DNA from: Anthoceros angustus
Taxonomy: Eukaryota; Plantae; Anthocerotophyta
Length of the DNA stretch: 64,000 nucleotides
NCBI GenBank assembly: GCA_010909165.1
Contig: MU008161.1
Span: forward strand, 1,426,001 to 1,490,000
Direction: 5' to 3'
In this document: positions 61,076 through 64,000 of the stretch, piece after piece
How the letters are laid out: each line of letters starts with the position of its first letter
Position numbering within the stretch: the first letter of the stretch is position 1
Notes under the pieces: model-generated
What the model was told of the DNA's origin: nothing
Seen by the model: only the letters and a program-made list of their open reading frames with translations
The model's database searches: none
Position numbers and translations under genes: made by a program

Positions 61076-64000
61076 ATCGAATCTATGTTCTTTACCTAAA
61101 ATAGATTCGAATAGATTCATAATCGAATCTATTAACTTTAGGTAAAGAGCTTAGTCGCTCCTTTTCAGCTTGACCCCCGAGGTCCACTTTGGTTGTCCCC
61201 TGCTAGATAGGTTTTTTCCCATCGTTTTTTTTTCTCAATAAAATATATATTTTATCATAAATTGCTCAATGTAAGATCATAACATATGTAATTAAAAAGA
61301 AGGTGGATGGAGTATGGGTACAAAGAGGACAGAGGACGATTTTTTTCTTCCTGAAAACTTTTGGTGTCCGGTTTGGTAACCCAAAATGGGGTAGCCCAAA
61401 GGACTCACCAAAGCGGCCACTTCGCGTCACCTAAGATAGAAAGGGAACTTTCTTTTTCCCGCACTCACTGGTTTTTCGCCAAGACGATGAAGAATTTTTT
61501 TCCCCAAGACCGCTCCACTTTAGGTGTAGGTGCATGCCACCCGCCTGCTTTTAGGTTCATGTCCTAAGAGATTGGAGCAGATGGTTTAGGGCGAGGCGAG
61601 AAGCACCGATTTGGCGGGCTGCTGCCGCCTGACCGTGGTTGGGGCGATCGGGCGAGCGGGGGCAGGCGGGGCGGGAGGCGAGTCGGGCGGGCGGCGGCAG
61701 TGCAGCGGCGTGTCGAGCGGCGAGCACGCAGCGCCTCCAGGCGGCGCGCCCGGCAGCGCCCTCATTGTGTGGCGGCGCGCGGCGGCGGCGGCGAGCGGCC
61801 ACCGCCACGCGGGCGTTAGCGGGCCGCGCGGCGGCGGCCGGGCGGGTGGGGGTTTCGCGCGATCAGCGGAGAAGGCGGGCTGCGCTCGGGCAAGGCACGG
61901 GGCGGAGGAGGAGGCTGCGGTGGCGGCGAGGACGAGGCGGGGCAGCCGGCAAAGTAGACGAGGGATCGAGGCAGGTGCGCGGGCCTGCAGGGCCGAGGAC
62001 GACGGGCAAAGGGCCTTCCTCCGGGTGACGGACGGAGGCGGCCACCAGTGCAAGGAGGCAAGGAGAGGCGGGCGAGGCGGGCGGGGCAAGGCGAAGGCCG
62101 GGGAGGCGGAGGAAGGCGGTGGGCGCAGGGACGCGACGCTGGGCAAGCGGGGCGGGGCGCGCGAGGCCAAGGCGGGGCAACGGAGGCGGCGGCGACCGCC
62201 AAGGCGCGCGCGAGGGAGGAGGCACCCAGTAGCCCTCCCCATCCTTGCACCAAGCCGCAACTAACCTCGCCCTCATTCCTTCCCGCCCATGGTGATGCCG
62301 AATTGTTTGATGCTCATTTCTTTGCAAACGGCCGACACGCAGATGGTCGCCGTGCCACCGCAGTATTATTGTAGGCTTTGCGGGCGGATGGCGCACCGCC
62401 CACCCTCTCCTCCTCACATGCCGCAGCGCACACCGCAGCCATCGATGTGGGCAAGAAGGAGGAGGGTTCCACGATCTCCTCCGAGCTCACCCGATCCTAA
62501 TATGTGGAGTGAGTTGTTTTGTCTTATGACCCCAAGAAGCCAATGCATCCTTTGTCCCACGAGGAGCTTGATGCGCTTTTGCAAAGATGCGGAGGACCAC
62601 AACGACCTCATCCGCCACATAGAGAACTACCCTTGACTTCAAGTTCTTTTCGAGTGAGGGAACGTGGTCGCAGTATTTGACCGGACTCGACTTTATCATG
62701 AGAGTGCCTTCGGAAGCGCACTATTTCATGCATACCCATTTTGATGGGTGGCCATTGGGTCCTAACGATCACCGCGAGGCCTCGCGGTCCAAGCACCCGA
62801 GTCACCGGAGGACTTGCCGTGGATGGCCAAGTTTCACTCCGGCTTGACTCATGTGCGCACTACCGGCCTCGACGCTTATCGCCCCTCCCGGATTTCATCT
62901 CAACGCCTTCTAATTGGACGACGCCAACCATGTCTTGTGGGAGGAGATGCGACCTCTACATCATCGAGTTGATCATGGGGTTAGGATCGTGGTCATGTGC
63001 TTTAGGCACCGTGGAGCAGGGTTTTGATAGGACTTGATGTACGAGGCCTTTACGGTTTAGATTTGTAGGTGTCTTCGCACCGCTTCCCAGCTTTTGACTT
63101 GACCAAATTTTGACGCTTCCTCTTTCGTGTATTCTCACCACTCGCCGATATCCGTGCCCACGTTTTCAACTTGGCCCTCGGTTCATGCTTGCCACAAGAT
63201 CGTGTTCCCTCGTGCGCATTTTGGCCCGCTTCCATTCTCCTTGGCCTTGTCAACCTCGCCTGCTTTTGCCCCATTTTCCATGCGCCACGCTTGTTTATTA
63301 ATTGACAACCCATACAGTGCCTTCTTTCGTGTGATTTGGGTCCATGGAACTCGCCTTCGAGGTTCGCCGCTTTGATAGCCGCCCACTTCAAGGGAATGCG
63401 GTTTCACACAAAGGTGATTCCGACACGCTGCCTCCACAATTTTCATGCACCATTCGGAAGGTCGTGATGTAACTTGCGGAATGTCTCGCCATGCCATGTG
63501 GACCGCGCTGAAACCGGTTCGGACGCAGGAGGCTATTCCATGAGCCCCGCACATGTGTCCACGCTGTGGCCCCTCCGCCCTCACGCTTTATCCTATCGGC
63601 GGTGATGCCCTCCCCCGCCGCCTTCCCTATCCATGTCTCATTGCCTCCCGCTTGCACCACACGCCCTAGTCGCCCCCGGCCACCCGCGACGCACCTCATA
63701 TGAAAAGTGCTCAAGAGGTTAAGGGCTCTCCATGTCCACAGGCAATCGGTCCGCATTCCACTCCCACACCATCTCCGCAGAGGGATCCCGTCGCCGCAAT
63801 ACAAGCACACGTCACCGCCTATGCAAAGCGATACATGTCCGGAGGTAATTTGTACACTTCAAGCCCGCCAGACGCCATGTCCTCGCCACTTGCATGTCCT
63901 ACACAAAACATTTGTCGTCATCAAGAATGCTGGTGTTCACATTCGACGGTCTTGGTGACGCTCACTTACCCCTCAAGAATGCTATCGAGGAAGCGGTGGC
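61076..64000. mobile_element. Unclassified probable transposon: repeat-rich AT end, very GC-rich segment, degenerate Cys-rich coding sequence
   Basis: Inverted ATCGAATCTAT/ATAGATTCGA repeats at 61076-61150; very GC-rich low-complexity tract 61600-62260; CxxC fragments (YYCRLC, CILCP) in broken frames; CAG/CTG-depleted like the neighbouring TEs. Confidence 0.4.

Noticed and set aside
61586-62417. Overlapping Arg/Gly/Ala/Pro-rich ORFs on both strands
   Set aside because: A consequence of very high GC content and scarcity of stop codons.

Overview
Eukaryotic nuclear DNA from a land plant with a compact genome and short introns. It looks like a non-seed plant such as a hornwort, but that is an inference. 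The window has two halves. Bases 1-31 kb are gene-dense: isopentenyl phosphate kinase (partial), a divergent VIPP1/PspA paralog, a YIP1-family gene, NHR2-like, ECHIDNA/TVP23, YidD-like, RPL32, intronless CSN8, delta-COP, VIT1 and a PLS-E+ PPR gene. Bases 31-64 kb are nested transposons: a Gypsy-like element, Copia, a TIR element, two LINE types and a 14.5 kb CACTA-type element with intact TIRs and TSD. Three observations stand out. (1) Three paralogous two-exon micro-genes at 14.0-18.6 kb, not represented as such in the ORF track, encode 32-34 aa peptides ending GDPDCxxCxDDxNKCDCK, each with a TATA box and the same 17-nt first coding exon length. (2) A fragmented Gypsy-like retroelement carries a C5 cytosine methyltransferase domain between protease and reverse transcriptase. 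(3) Three LINE-tail insertions all sit at the same 13-bp target, ATCTGTTCCC(A/T)AT. All exon models and translations were done by eye; no database searches were run.
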